Of a stretch of DNA of 62,747 nucleotides, positions 1 through 10,277 are shown one piece after another. Location of the stretch: contig JAGOOV010000001.1 in assembly GCA_017992295.1 (NCBI GenBank), positions 1 through 62,747 on the forward strand, in the 5' to 3' direction. The stretch's first letter is position 1; each line of letters begins with the position of its first letter. Position numbers and translations under genes: made by a program. The notes beneath the pieces were generated by a model, which worked only from the letters and a program-made list of their open reading frames with translations, did no database searches and had not been told where the DNA came from. The DNA comes from Candidatus Saccharimonadota bacterium. Lineage in GTDB: Bacteria; Patescibacteriota; Saccharimonadia; Saccharimonadales; CAIOMD01.

Positions 1-43
1 GCTAAAAAGACTGGCCAGGTCAGGCAACAAGCTGGCCAAGAAG

Positions 44-919
44 GTGTACCCGGTAAGGACCTATAAAATACAGCTTTGGCTGGTTTTATGGACGATATTC
101 GCCCTGTTATTGTCGGCTATCACTGTTCTATCGTATTTTTTAATTGGCGGTCTACGGACTTTGGCTATAAGTGTGCCTCTACTAATACTGGTGCATACCG
201 TATTGCCGTATTTAACTCACCCAAAGTCGAATTTAAAACTGGCGGCAATTTCAAGTCCGATTATCGAAACAATCTTAAACTTTACATTTCCAGTCTTAAG
301 CCGTATCGAAAAGAGTTTGGGGCGTTTTATTCAGACCGACCCCACGTTAACAGTACAAGACGAGAAAGAGTTGCTTGAAATTATAAGGCACAGCGTTAAG
401 AACCCCGATGTCTCGGGCAAAGAAGAATTGGAGTTTACGGCCAATTTGTTAATTTTGGGCGAGCAAAAAGTGTCCAATTTTATGACGCCTATTGACAAAG
501 TAGCGCTTGTTAAGCCAGACGAACAGCTGACACCTAAAATAATGGACGAACTTCACCAAAGCCGATCCTCGTGGTTTTTAGTGTTTCGTGGTAACCGTCA
601 GAATGTTGTCGGTGTTCTGTCGGCAACCGACGCTATCAACCTAAAATCACAAAAATATATTAGAGATATAATGCATAGCGAAGTATTTTACATAAACGAA
701 CAACAAACTATAACCGAGGCTTTAAATATATTTTTAAATACTAAACAAAGCATACTGGTTGTGATTAATCAATACAAAGATGTAGTGGGGGCCATTCTGA
801 TTGAAGACGTTGTAAAACAGATAATTGCGCCCATGAACCTAGAACAGCCAAACGGATACGACGACATCAACGTAGTAGCTAATATAACTGCTAAAAACCA
901 TACTCCAAACCAGAGCTAA
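44..919 (+). CDS. CBS-pair domain membrane protein (CorC/HlyC/CNNM-like)
   Basis: The N-terminus has hydrophobic helices. Two CBS-like repeats follow (VSNFMTPIDKV... and IRDIMHSEVFYI...VVGAILIEDVV). The start lies near the window edge and may be upstream. Confidence 0.55.
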   Translation: MYPVRTYKIQLWLVLWTIFALLLSAITVLSYFLIGGLRTLAISVPLLILVHTVLPYLTHPKSNLKLAAISSPIIETILNFTFPVLSRIEKSLGRFIQTDPTLTVQDEKELLEIIRHSVKNPDVSGKEELEFTANLLILGEQKVSNFMTPIDKVALVKPDEQLTPKIMDELHQSRSSWFLVFRGNRQNVVGVLSATDAINLKSQKYIRDIMHSEVFYINEQQTITEALNIFLNTKQSILVVINQYKDVVGAILIEDVVKQIIAPMNLEQPNGYDDINVVANITAKNHTPNQS

Positions 920-961
920 CCAATATGGCGTTGGTAATCTTTTTGTTATAATCAAGCAGAT

Positions 962-2269
962 ATGAGAGTATTATCCTCTGACATAAAAAAACACGCGGGC
1001 AAAACTATTGAAGCGCGAGGCTGGTTGCATAAGAAACGCTTACTGGGGGGCTTGACTTTTATTAACGTGAGAGACCGCCAAGGTATTATTCAGGTTTTAG
1101 TCGAGGAAAGGAAAGAGGTAGAAAAACTACGCGGAATGCAAATAGGCACGGTAATTGCCGTAAAAGGAGTGGTAGTAAAAGATGAAAGGGCGCCCGGCGG
1201 GGCGGAAATCCATCAGGCAGTCATAAGCATTATCGTACCCGTATCGGAGACTTCACCGATTGAAATCGATAAAGCTATAAGTCATAAATCGGACAACCTA
1301 GATACGTTATTTGAATATCGGGCACTTAGTTTGCGCAATCCTAAGGAATCGGCCATATTTAAAATACAGGCCGTCATTTTAGAATCGATTAGAACTTCAC
1401 TTGAAAAACAACAGTTTACCGAATTTAACTCACCGAAGTTATTAGCCGAAGCTACAGAAGGCGGAGCGGAAGTTTTTAAACTTGATTACTTTGGAAAAGA
1501 AGCCACTTTAGCTCAAAGTGCCCAATTTTACAAACAAATAATGGTAGGCGTTTATGAACGAGTTTTTGAAATCAATCCGACCTATCGAGCAGAATTATCA
1601 GCAACCACTCGCCATATGACTGAATTTATACAAGTGGATGTTGAAGCTGGCTTTATAGAGTTTAGCGATTTATTGCAAATTTCCAGTAATGTAATTCACG
1701 CTGCAGTCAGCGCTGTTTGGAGTAAGTGCCAAGACCAACTGAAACTGTGGGGAGCTACCAAACCGCGACTGCCAAAAATTTTACCAACTATTACACTAAA
1801 TGAAGTTCACGAAAAATACTCAAAGGCTACCAAGCAAAGTACTATCGGCGAAGAAGACCTGCGTCCTGACGAAGAGCGATGGATTACGGATTGGTCTGCC
1901 AAGGAATTAGACAGTGAAGCAATTTTTGTGGTAGATTGGCCGGCTAGCGGCGCTAAGTTTTATCATCGTCTAAAGCAAGACGACCCAAAAACGGCTGAAC
2001 GGGCAGATTTGATATTTAGGGGCGTAGAGATTGCCACCGCTAGTATGCGGGAACACCGGTACGATAAACTCATCAGCCAATTTAAAAAAGCCGGAATCGA
2101 TTATAATCACCCGGGCTTTAAACACTATTTAATGGCCTTTAAATACGGCTTGCCTCCTCACGGTGGCTTTGGTCTAGGCTTAGAGCGGTTAACCAGTAAA
2201 ATAGTTGGTTTAGCTAACGTTAAAGAGGCCTCACTTTTCCCTAGAGATATAAATCGTCTAATGCCTTAA
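962..2269 (+). CDS. aspS: aspartate--tRNA ligase, short archaeal/eukaryal type (probably non-discriminating)
   Basis: 435-aa class IIb aaRS with an N-terminal OB fold (GWLHKKRLLGGLTFINVRDRQGIIQV). The C-terminus carries motif 3 (GLPPHGGFGLGLERL). There is no bacterial GAD insertion. Confidence 0.85.
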   Translation: MRVLSSDIKKHAGKTIEARGWLHKKRLLGGLTFINVRDRQGIIQVLVEERKEVEKLRGMQIGTVIAVKGVVVKDERAPGGAEIHQAVISIIVPVSETSPIEIDKAISHKSDNLDTLFEYRALSLRNPKESAIFKIQAVILESIRTSLEKQQFTEFNSPKLLAEATEGGAEVFKLDYFGKEATLAQSAQFYKQIMVGVYERVFEINPTYRAELSATTRHMTEFIQVDVEAGFIEFSDLLQISSNVIHAAVSAVWSKCQDQLKLWGATKPRLPKILPTITLNEVHEKYSKATKQSTIGEEDLRPDEERWITDWSAKELDSEAIFVVDWPASGAKFYHRLKQDDPKTAERADLIFRGVEIATASMREHRYDKLISQFKKAGIDYNHPGFKHYLMAFKYGLPPHGGFGLGLERLTSKIVGLANVKEASLFPRDINRLMP

Positions 2270-2323
2270 AAGTAAAAATAGTCACATAGTTTTACTAAGG
2301 GCCGGCGTAACGTTTATTTAGAG

Positions 2324-2923
2324 GTGCTACAATATAGAACGATGCGATTTAAGTTAAGTTTAGTCACTATTTTTTTAGTGTTCCTATTGCTGCCTATTGC
2401 CCGGGTCGTGGCCGGGAGTAGTGATATCGTGGAGGTCGTTGGCGAAGATACTGAGTCAAGGCTTAGTCAGGCTGTGGCCAATCAACAGTTAGCGTTTGAT
2501 GATTTGACTTTGCAGTCTGTTGCTAATAGGTGCCAAGGGGCGCAAATAATACTAAGGGATATACGTCTAAAAAACGACAAAGCTACTCGTCAAAGAATAT
2601 CGCTTTATGGCAGTATCCAAAAAGATCTACAATCTATTAAATTTAGAATGTTAAGACAAGGTTCGGATGCTTCTGAAACCGACTTGTTGTACGGCAAACT
2701 GCAACAATTAATAGACAGATTCACCGTACAATCTAACAAATATGGTACTACGCTTGATGATTTAGTTGCGGTCAGTTGTCAAGAGAAGCCTGAATATTTT
2801 TCTGCTGGCTTAATTTTGGCTCGTGTGCAGCAAGCAAAACTACTGGACATCACCTTAAAAATCAACCGGGTGGTAGAGAATAAGACTACATTTGATCAAC
2901 TTAAAAGAAGACTAACATTATGA
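2324..2923 (+). CDS. hypothetical exported protein
   Basis: N-terminal signal-like hydrophobic segment (LSLVTIFLVFLLLPIARVVAG). An alternative ATG start is at 2342. The stop overlaps the next start (ATGA). Confidence 0.5.
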   Translation: MLQYRTMRFKLSLVTIFLVFLLLPIARVVAGSSDIVEVVGEDTESRLSQAVANQQLAFDDLTLQSVANRCQGAQIILRDIRLKNDKATRQRISLYGSIQKDLQSIKFRMLRQGSDASETDLLYGKLQQLIDRFTVQSNKYGTTLDDLVAVSCQEKPEYFSAGLILARVQQAKLLDITLKINRVVENKTTFDQLKRRLTL

Positions 2924-3240
2924 AAAAATTTTGGAAAAAGGACGAACCAAAAACCGTTAGCCTGACTTTTGTAATACTGGTTGCAGTGATGGTTGCTATT
3001 GTTATGGTGTCATTTACCACGGTAGCGTTTCTGAAATCCGAAGCTTACGCCACGGTCAAACAGATTCAGGTTGGCTCTCAACGACACAATTATCTGGATG
3101 AAGATATAGATGTTACCAGCCCTATAAAAGCTAGTGACATAGATGAGTATCAAACAAGTTTTCGTGAACGTTTACACAGCTTAGATGATAATAAAGATTT
3201 TGGCCCGACTAATCTATCAGATGAGAACCTCGGTCTTTAA
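2920..3240 (+). CDS. hypothetical single-pass membrane protein
   Basis: One TM helix (LTFVILVAVMVAIVMVSFTTVAF). The start is translationally coupled to the upstream ORF. Confidence 0.45.
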   Translation: MKKFWKKDEPKTVSLTFVILVAVMVAIVMVSFTTVAFLKSEAYATVKQIQVGSQRHNYLDEDIDVTSPIKASDIDEYQTSFRERLHSLDDNKDFGPTNLSDENLGL

Positions 3241-4514
3241 ACAACTGTTTTTCTAACCCATTCGTCAAGACTGTTACCGCCCCCGCCAGCCATACAGATT
3301 ACCATATCGCCGTTTTTGGCATGATTGAGAATTACGTTTTTTAACTCATCATTTTTTTTCATGGCCCGCGCTATTTCGGGATTATCTAGATAACTAATTA
3401 ATTCTTGTGGTGAAAGTATCTCTAGGTTAGGGTCTTCTCTTGCCAGGTAGCTAGGTAGCCAGTACAGTTTTTTTACGCCGCTAAAAGCCGCTTTGTATTG
3501 ATTTTTCATATAATGTTGTCGTCGATTGGTAAGAGGTTCGTAAACGACAACTACATTTTTGGATATTTCGCTGGCCAGTTGTAAAGTAGCAGCAATTTCT
3601 TCCGGAGTATGAGCGTAGTCGCTATATATATTGCTGGCCAATCGTTCTAGCCTCCTGGAGGTACCAGGAAAATTATTGGCTAAGTGCATAACTTCTTCTA
3701 AATTTTTACCTAAAATAGCAGCAACAGCCTTAGATGCTATGTAACTGTTTTGACGATTGTGCAAGCCCGGTATTTGTAACTTGTCCAGCGATTTAGCGGT
3801 GCTTTGTAGCACATGTATTTTGCTTTCTTTATCTAGTTCAAGATAAGAGTTGTCTTTGTCAAAAATATAGGTTTGAGTACTTTGAACTATAAAGTGCCTA
3901 AAGGCTTTTTTATATTCCTGACGAGTTGGATAAATGTCGTGATGATCCCAGTCAACGGACGTTATAATCGATATTTCGGGGTAAAAACTCAAAAAGTTAT
4001 GGTCAAACTCGTCACACTCATACACAAAATAGTTACTACTCGGGTCAAACAAACCCATCGGGCCAAAAGACAGCTTTGCGCCCACTGAGTAGCTTATGGG
4101 GGTCTGTAGTTGCATAAAAAGCCATACTACAAGGGCAGTTGTTGAGGTTTTACCGTGGGTACCGGCCACTGCTATCAATTTGAGCTCTTTTTGCTTGAGG
4201 ATGGTATTTAGGCACTCGTCTCGTTTGCTAATTTTTAGGCTGTGTGCTTTGGCAAATAGTAGTTCTGGATGATTGGGGTTGTCTATTAAAACTGCCGATG
4301 AAAAAACAACCCAGTCTATAGGATGAGCTTTGTGTTCTTTGGCTATTTGTTTTTGGCTCTGTCCTATGTGCAATCGAATGCCTTGAGATTGTAAATAATC
4401 GGTATATTGACTATTTTGCATATCCGAACCCGAGACCTCAAAACCGGCCTGTTTTGTAATTATGACTAACGGTCCAATACCCGCTCCGCCGATACCGCTA
4501 AAATATATGTGCAT
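3237..4514 (-). CDS. murC: UDP-N-acetylmuramate--L-alanine ligase (Mur ligase family, MurC/Mpl-like)
   Basis: N-terminal Rossmann motif FSGIGGAGIG...VSGSD, P-loop GTHGKTSTT, and DYAHTPEEI in the C-terminal domain. Confidence 0.8.
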   Translation of the reverse strand: MHIYFSGIGGAGIGPLVIITKQAGFEVSGSDMQNSQYTDYLQSQGIRLHIGQSQKQIAKEHKAHPIDWVVFSSAVLIDNPNHPELLFAKAHSLKISKRDECLNTILKQKELKLIAVAGTHGKTSTTALVVWLFMQLQTPISYSVGAKLSFGPMGLFDPSSNYFVYECDEFDHNFLSFYPEISIITSVDWDHHDIYPTRQEYKKAFRHFIVQSTQTYIFDKDNSYLELDKESKIHVLQSTAKSLDKLQIPGLHNRQNSYIASKAVAAILGKNLEEVMHLANNFPGTSRRLERLASNIYSDYAHTPEEIAATLQLASEISKNVVVVYEPLTNRRQHYMKNQYKAAFSGVKKLYWLPSYLAREDPNLEILSPQELISYLDNPEIARAMKKNDELKNVILNHAKNGDMVICMAGGGGNSLDEWVRKTVV

Positions 4515-4569
4515 AAATTACGACCTAATTTTAAATCTGTTACAATATAAACTATAAAGAAAAAACAAA

Positions 4570-5772
4570 ATGTTTCAAAAAATTATTAAAAGACTGTTTT
4601 ATAAACGCCATTATTGGCGAGATGTTGGCTTTGATGATTTAAGCAAAATATATTCTAATATGTTTTTACGTTCCTTTGCGCTAAGTGTAATTTCGGTTTT
4701 TGTCCCCGTTTATCTGTATAAAATAGGTTTTAGTGTCGTTTCAATACTGACGATGTACATTTTTTGGTTTCTATTTAGAATAGCTTTTTCTCCGTTGGTA
4801 GCTAAATTGATCAGTATATTTGGCTTAAAACACACAGTGGCCTTGGCTACGGTAGCACATATCGTTTATTTGACTATGCTGATGACAATACAGGATTTAC
4901 ACTGGCCTTTGGTCTCTGTAGCGCTTGTCGGCTCTCTAGCGGCAGTTACTTTCTTAATAGCTCACGAAGTGAATTTTTCGAGAGTTAAAGACGTAGAAAA
5001 TGGCGGAAAAGAGCTTGGTTTTGTGCAAATATTCGAAAAACTGGGCACGGTAATTGGCCCTTTAGCCGGCGGATTGTTAGCCAACTACACCGACCCAAGA
5101 TATACCCTGGGTCTGGCCATTACGATACTAACAGGCTCTTTGATACCGATATTTTTATCTACCGAGCCAAATTTTACATATAAAAGAGTTGTTTTTAAGA
5201 GATTCCCTTTTAAGAGACATAGAAGAGACTTTTATTCATCAGCCGCGTTAACGGTAGAAAATACAATATCTACAGTTGTTTGGCCCTTTTTTATATCTAT
5301 AACCGTTTTTACATCTAACACTTTTGCTAAACTTGGGTTAATTGCCTCCTTGAGCACGGTGGTGGCATTGGTAGCGATATACAGCATCGGTAAATTAGTA
5401 GACGAAGAAAAGGGAGGGATGCTACTAAATGTGGGCGCTGTTTCAAACAGTATTTTACATTTGTTTAGACCGTTCGTTGGTGGTATTGGACAAGTGATAG
5501 GTGTAGGGATAGTTAACGAGCCGGTAACAACGGCCTACCGCTTACCGTATTTGAAAGGCAGGTTTGATGCTGCCGATCAAGTAATTGGTTATCGGGTATT
5601 ATATTTTTCGGTAACCGACATGTTGGCCAATGTAGCCAATGCGTTAGTTTGGAGCTTGTTGCTAATAATAGCACTGATTAAAGAACCGATATTCTCACTC
5701 AAAGTAAGCTTTTTTATTGCCTCGGTAGCCAGTTTGTTAATTATGAGCCAAAAATTTAGGTCACTAAGATGA
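4570..5772 (+). CDS. MFS-type multipass membrane transporter
   Basis: 400 aa with about 10-12 hydrophobic helices arranged in two halves. No specific substrate motif was recognised. Confidence 0.55.
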   Translation: MFQKIIKRLFYKRHYWRDVGFDDLSKIYSNMFLRSFALSVISVFVPVYLYKIGFSVVSILTMYIFWFLFRIAFSPLVAKLISIFGLKHTVALATVAHIVYLTMLMTIQDLHWPLVSVALVGSLAAVTFLIAHEVNFSRVKDVENGGKELGFVQIFEKLGTVIGPLAGGLLANYTDPRYTLGLAITILTGSLIPIFLSTEPNFTYKRVVFKRFPFKRHRRDFYSSAALTVENTISTVVWPFFISITVFTSNTFAKLGLIASLSTVVALVAIYSIGKLVDEEKGGMLLNVGAVSNSILHLFRPFVGGIGQVIGVGIVNEPVTTAYRLPYLKGRFDAADQVIGYRVLYFSVTDMLANVANALVWSLLLIIALIKEPIFSLKVSFFIASVASLLIMSQKFRSLR

Positions 5773-6398
5773 CAGAACCGCAAAAAGGTAAAAATAAGAA
5801 ACACTTCAACCTTGGCGCTCACGGAGATAAGCTAGGCTTGATTATAATAACCATGCTTTTTTTTCTGTCTTTGGCTACCGCCGTTTTAGCCTTAAGACAC
5901 AACAATATGAGGATGGTCGAGCTTAGACAAGCGGTGTATATGGCTGACGAGCAAAACGGAGACGTCAACACAGCACTTAACAATCTACGTCAATACATTT
6001 ACGGGCATATGAATACCGGGTTGCGGAGTCCCAACAGTGGAGACGAACCTCCAATTCAGTTAGTACACCGCTTTAATCGGGCAGTGGAAGCCGAACAGGC
6101 TAGAGTCGCAGCTGTTGGTGGCGCCAACAAGATATATGTTGAGGCGCAAAAACAATGCGAACAGGGCGGGCTGCCATTAACTTCCAGGGCTCAATGTATG
6201 CAAGATTACATAACCAGCCATTCTCCAGATGCGCCGCAGCTTAATTTGCCTCCAAAAGAACTCTATACTTTCGATTTCGTTAGCCCTGTTTGGTCACCTG
6301 ACTTGGCTGGCTTTTCGGTTTTAGCAACCGTAATACTGGGCTTAGTGATTGTCGCTTGGCTACTGAGCTATGTACTAGTAAGGTTCATAAAAAAATAA
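5769..6398 (+). CDS. hypothetical bitopic membrane protein
   Basis: ATGA overlap with the upstream gene. TM helices sit near both the N- and C-termini. Confidence 0.45.
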   Translation: MTEPQKGKNKKHFNLGAHGDKLGLIIITMLFFLSLATAVLALRHNNMRMVELRQAVYMADEQNGDVNTALNNLRQYIYGHMNTGLRSPNSGDEPPIQLVHRFNRAVEAEQARVAAVGGANKIYVEAQKQCEQGGLPLTSRAQCMQDYITSHSPDAPQLNLPPKELYTFDFVSPVWSPDLAGFSVLATVILGLVIVAWLLSYVLVRFIKK

Positions 6399-6430
6399 AA
6401 AGCACTTCCTTTGTAAGAAAGTGCTTTTTT
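6397..6430. terminator. bidirectional rho-independent terminator
   Basis: Stem AAAAGCACTT / AAGTGCTTTT flanked by A and T runs, lying between convergent genes. Confidence 0.7.
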
Positions 6431-6444
6431 ACTTTTAACTAAGT

Positions 6445-7047
6445 CTAGCGGTTAGTGCTCGGAGCAGGATTAGGATTGGCGTTTTCAGCCGGTGCTTGTT
6501 CCTGCGGAGTAGTGGTTTTAGCGCCATTCTTCTGATATTCACGAATGGCTTTAACAACTTGACCGTCTTCTTTCAGGTTCTCAAAGAACATTACGTTACC
6601 CTTGTTAATATACATAACGTCCTCTGGGCCGTGTATTTCGTTGCCAAGCTTAGCTAAAGAAATATTCTGTTTTACTTCAGCTTTCGGATCAGTTTTATCC
6701 GGTTGTACAGTCTGGACTCTTACGTAGTAAATATCCGACAGCTTGTAAAACGCGTTGTTGAACACCGCTAACTTACCAAAGTAAACTTGACCATCGGTAC
6801 TATTTAAGAAAACTGCTTGGTAGCGATCCTTCTTGATCTGTGAAGTAATCGAAGGATTACCGGTCTTGTTGCTAAAAATAAAGACAACTACAGCTATAAC
6901 GATAATGGCTACACCTACTAGCACAACCAAATATAGCGAGTTAATTAAATTGAAATTTAACTTCCCTTTTTTAGAACCACCAACCGACTGTTTTGGTGCC
7001 TGTCCGGCACTGGCAGGTTGTCCCACTGGGTTCATGAATGTATTCAT
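6445..7047 (-). CDS. hypothetical single-pass membrane protein
   Basis: One TM helix (LYLVVLVGVAIIVIAVVVFIF) and a Pro/Ala/Asn-rich C-terminal tail. Confidence 0.5.
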   Translation of the reverse strand: MNTFMNPVGQPASAGQAPKQSVGGSKKGKLNFNLINSLYLVVLVGVAIIVIAVVVFIFSNKTGNPSITSQIKKDRYQAVFLNSTDGQVYFGKLAVFNNAFYKLSDIYYVRVQTVQPDKTDPKAEVKQNISLAKLGNEIHGPEDVMYINKGNVMFFENLKEDGQVVKAIREYQKNGAKTTTPQEQAPAENANPNPAPSTNR

Positions 7048-7149
7048 ATACTTCCTTACACCTCTTTTATGTTGCTAATGCTTGTAGCCAAAGTGTACCG
7101 CATCTTTTGCTACATAATCAAGTATTTTGTAAAAATATTAAAAAAAAGA

Positions 7150-7178
7150 TTGACAATAGTAAAACAGAAGATATATGG
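7150..7178 (+). promoter_or_regulatory. putative sigma70-type promoter
   Basis: TTGACA at 7150-7155, followed about 16-17 nt later by TATATG/ATATGG. It lies upstream of the SD AAGGAGG and the GTG start at 7212. Confidence 0.35.
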
Positions 7179-7211
7179 TAGGGGTACTACTAACAGTGTA
7201 AGGAGGAGAAA

Positions 7212-7412
7212 GTGGCTTATCAGCACACCAACTCAAAAGGGGTAACTTACTTCTTAAACTCAAAGGAAGTTACCTTGCGCGGTGGTAAAAAACAAACCAT
7301 CTATTACTTCAGCAAAGATAAAAGAGCCGAGACTATCGACGCTCTACCAGCAGGATTTTCAGTTAATGAGAATCCGCGAAATGGTTTCTTAACCGTCAAG
7401 CGCAACAAGTAA
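7212..7412 (+). CDS. small basic hypothetical protein (66 aa)
   Basis: Strong SD (AAGGAGG) 5 nt before the GTG start, and its own terminator downstream. Confidence 0.6.
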   Translation: MAYQHTNSKGVTYFLNSKEVTLRGGKKQTIYYFSKDKRAETIDALPAGFSVNENPRNGFLTVKRNK

Positions 7413-7430
7413 GTATCTAAAATGCGAGTA

Positions 7431-7466
7431 GGGAGTCTTGAGTTCTTAAGACTCCCTCTTTTTTTG
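7431..7466 (+). terminator. rho-independent terminator
   Basis: Stem GGGAGTCTT / AAGACTCCC followed by TCTTTTTTT. Confidence 0.8.
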
Positions 7467-7486
7467 TCAAAATAATTTAAGCAGGT

Positions 7487-8251
7487 ATGGTTAGCAGTAA
7501 ATACATAGTTAGGGCTAAAGACCTTACAAAAATTTATGACGGTAAAAAGGTTGTAAATAAAATCAATTTCAACGTTGTTAGGGGTGAAATATTTGGCATA
7601 CTTGGCCCAAATGGAGCTGGTAAAACGACTACTCTAGAAATGATGGAAACCATTCGGCCCATAGATGGCGGCGCAGTAATTATTGATGGTTTTAACGTCG
7701 CTAATCAGCAGCAAAAGATAAAATCAATCATTGGCGTTCAGCCGCAATCTCCGGCTTTTCAAGACAAGACCAAGCTAAGAGAAATTATCGAGTTATTTGG
7801 GGCCGCTTACGGGAGAAAGGTAAACTCTGAGAATCTGCTCAATCAAGTCGACTTAATCGAAAAGGCTAATTCTTATGTTGAAGATTTATCCGGTGGCCAA
7901 AAACAACGCTTAAGTATTGCCGCTTCACTGGTACATAGCCCCAGTGTGTTTTTTTTGGACGAACCGACAACCGGTTTAGACCCTCAGGCCAGGCGTCACT
8001 TATGGAATTTGATTGAATCTATTAGGCGCTCAGGTGTAACCATTATCATGACTACTCACTATATGGATGAAGCAGAGAAGTTGTGCGATCGGGTCGCTAT
8101 AATGGACGAGGGCAAAATTGTAGCTTTAGATACGCCAGACGTTATGATAAAAAACTTACTGGCCAAAGGTTTTAAAAAGAAGCGCATCGTCGAGCAAGCC
8201 AATCTAGAAGATGTCTTTATAGATTTAACAGGCAAGCACTTAAGGGAATAA
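7487..8251 (+). CDS. ABC transporter ATP-binding protein (ABC-2 exporter type)
   Basis: Walker A GPNGAGKTT, signature LSGGQKQR, Walker B FFLDEPTTGLD. Confidence 0.9.
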   Translation: MVSSKYIVRAKDLTKIYDGKKVVNKINFNVVRGEIFGILGPNGAGKTTTLEMMETIRPIDGGAVIIDGFNVANQQQKIKSIIGVQPQSPAFQDKTKLREIIELFGAAYGRKVNSENLLNQVDLIEKANSYVEDLSGGQKQRLSIAASLVHSPSVFFLDEPTTGLDPQARRHLWNLIESIRRSGVTIIMTTHYMDEAEKLCDRVAIMDEGKIVALDTPDVMIKNLLAKGFKKKRIVEQANLEDVFIDLTGKHLRE

Positions 8252-8252
8252 A

Positions 8253-9356
8253 ATGAAAAAATCGTTATACACAGTTCTGACTTTCGTAAAAATTAACACC
8301 AAACGTTTTTTTCGAGATCGTTTAGCTATGTTTTTCACCATAGTATTCCCGTTGGTTTTTTTAGTCATCTTTGGCGGGCTATTTAAGAGCGAAAATATTA
8401 ATTTCAGAGTAGCTATTATTAATCACTCTAACAGTGCTTATTCTAAACAGTTTATTGAACAGTCTAAAACTAATAAAACAATAAAAGTTAACAGCAAGGT
8501 GACTGACTTGGAACAGGCGAAAGAAAAGATGAAAAAGTCCGAACTCGACGCCGTAATTGTTTTACCACACGATTTTGGAGAAGTTAAGAATAGCAAGTAT
8601 CCATCGGGGCAGGCAATGGTTTATTACAGCCAAAATAATCAACAAGCAGGGCAGACCTTTACCTCGGTGGTTCAAGAACAATTTAGTAAAATTAATAGCA
8701 AATTGGTCGCCCAAGAAACTCCTTTTTCAGTAGTAGCTAAATCTACTAACCAAAACAGCACTACCTCCTTTGATTACATTTTCGCCGGTATGTTGGGCTT
8801 TTCGGTCATCGGCTTGGGGTTATTGGGGCCCGTTAATGTCTTTCCAGAGCTAAAAAAACAGGGGGTACTGCGGCGCTTACATACAACTACCCTTAAAACA
8901 TGGCAATATTTTATGTCTAATGTTATTTCACAAGGCATTATTGGCTTGGGAGCGATCGCTGTATTGTTTACATTCTCGATATTGGTATTCAATTTAAAAA
9001 TGATAGGCAGTTATTTCGATTTCGTGGTGTTCATCATACTCAGCATTATCGCAATTTACGGGCTCGGTTTGGCTATTGGCGGTTGGGCCAAAAACGAACG
9101 TCAGGCGGCGCCACTGGCGAACTTGATTACTTTTCCAATGATATTTTTATCCGGTACCTTTTTTCCTAGGTTTTTAATGCCCGAATGGTTACAGATGGTA
9201 TCAAGCTATTTGCCTCTAACTCCCATAAATGACGGCGTGCGTCTAATTGTAACTGAAGGTAAGCATTTATCTGATTTACTACCACAGATTGGCTTGATTT
9301 CCGTGTGGGCTGTAGTAATATACATAGTTGCCTTTAGAATATTTCGTTGGGAGTAG
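8253..9356 (+). CDS. ABC-2 family transporter permease
   Basis: N-terminal TM helix, a large extracytoplasmic loop, then five C-terminal TM helices. It lies immediately after the ATPase gene. Confidence 0.8.
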   Translation: MKKSLYTVLTFVKINTKRFFRDRLAMFFTIVFPLVFLVIFGGLFKSENINFRVAIINHSNSAYSKQFIEQSKTNKTIKVNSKVTDLEQAKEKMKKSELDAVIVLPHDFGEVKNSKYPSGQAMVYYSQNNQQAGQTFTSVVQEQFSKINSKLVAQETPFSVVAKSTNQNSTTSFDYIFAGMLGFSVIGLGLLGPVNVFPELKKQGVLRRLHTTTLKTWQYFMSNVISQGIIGLGAIAVLFTFSILVFNLKMIGSYFDFVVFIILSIIAIYGLGLAIGGWAKNERQAAPLANLITFPMIFLSGTFFPRFLMPEWLQMVSSYLPLTPINDGVRLIVTEGKHLSDLLPQIGLISVWAVVIYIVAFRIFRWE

Positions 9357-9389
9357 ACAATATAATATAAATATGATATAGTATAAAAT

Positions 9390-9752
9390 ATGGAAAATGT
9401 AAAATTGGAACGCGAAAACAACAATAGTAAAGAAGATTCGCTACCCGCCTATTTTGATAAATATTATGCCGATAAATCTGCTGTTAGCTCTGATAGCAAC
9501 GAGCAAAACGTTGTTTTGAATCAAGAATCTGATAACGGAAGCCAAGGCTCAATTTTTAATACCGAAATAGAGCAACAATACGAGCGTTTGGTTAAAGAAT
9601 ATCCAGATCAAGCTAGGATATATTTTGATTGTGCCAGAGAAATACATGAGAAGAACCCTCAAGAGATGAGTGGGCTAGCTCTAGATGGGCTAAAGACTCT
9701 TATGACTAATGGTAGAAGTAATAATAGACAAATAAACACAAAAGTGTTATAA
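9390..9752 (+). CDS. hypothetical acidic protein
   Basis: ORF only; no recognisable motif. Confidence 0.4.
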   Translation: MENVKLERENNNSKEDSLPAYFDKYYADKSAVSSDSNEQNVVLNQESDNGSQGSIFNTEIEQQYERLVKEYPDQARIYFDCAREIHEKNPQEMSGLALDGLKTLMTNGRSNNRQINTKVL

Positions 9753-9759
9753 TATACGC

Positions 9760-10152
9760 ATGGTTAAAAAACCACGGAATATGGATCAATTTATAATTGA
9801 AGGCTTAGAAGAAGTCGATCAAACTAAAGTTGAATCCAGAGCTTCCTATCTCCAAGACTTGGCGAATGAAGTCACGGAGGCTAATAAGCACTTGGGGGCT
9901 GCAGTACTAAGTGATTCTATGGCTGCCGAGCTTGGCATAAATCCATATCATAATTCTGAGGCGTACCTACGACATTACAACAAAGCGAAGTATATGTTGC
10001 GGAAAGCATGTGGTGTCTGTGCTGTGAGAGGTTGTGAAAAAAGAGGAGATTTTGGAGCGTGGGAAGAAAAGTACCACCGCATCCAAAAAAGAGCCCCTTT
10101 TATTAAAGCAGTAGTCAGAGATGCTAACAATGGTATTGAGAGACCTTGTTAG
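9760..10152 (+). CDS. hypothetical protein with C-terminal Cys cluster
   Basis: ORF with CGVCAVRGCEKRG and a terminal Cys. No family was recognised. Confidence 0.4.
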   Translation: MVKKPRNMDQFIIEGLEEVDQTKVESRASYLQDLANEVTEANKHLGAAVLSDSMAAELGINPYHNSEAYLRHYNKAKYMLRKACGVCAVRGCEKRGDFGAWEEKYHRIQKRAPFIKAVVRDANNGIERPC

Positions 10153-10277
10153 TATAGTTATATAATAGCTTAATTTTTTACCGACTTTAAAATGCTTCAG
10201 CAAAAAGCTTGTAGTGTCTACGCCAAATTTTAGATTAGTTTTAGAGTGAATATGGGTGGCAGGATATAATTTAATCT

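Noticed and set aside
76-378. 100-aa ORF overlapping the CBS-domain gene in another frame.
   Set aside because: It is fully nested in the longer ORF, which has recognisable CBS repeats.
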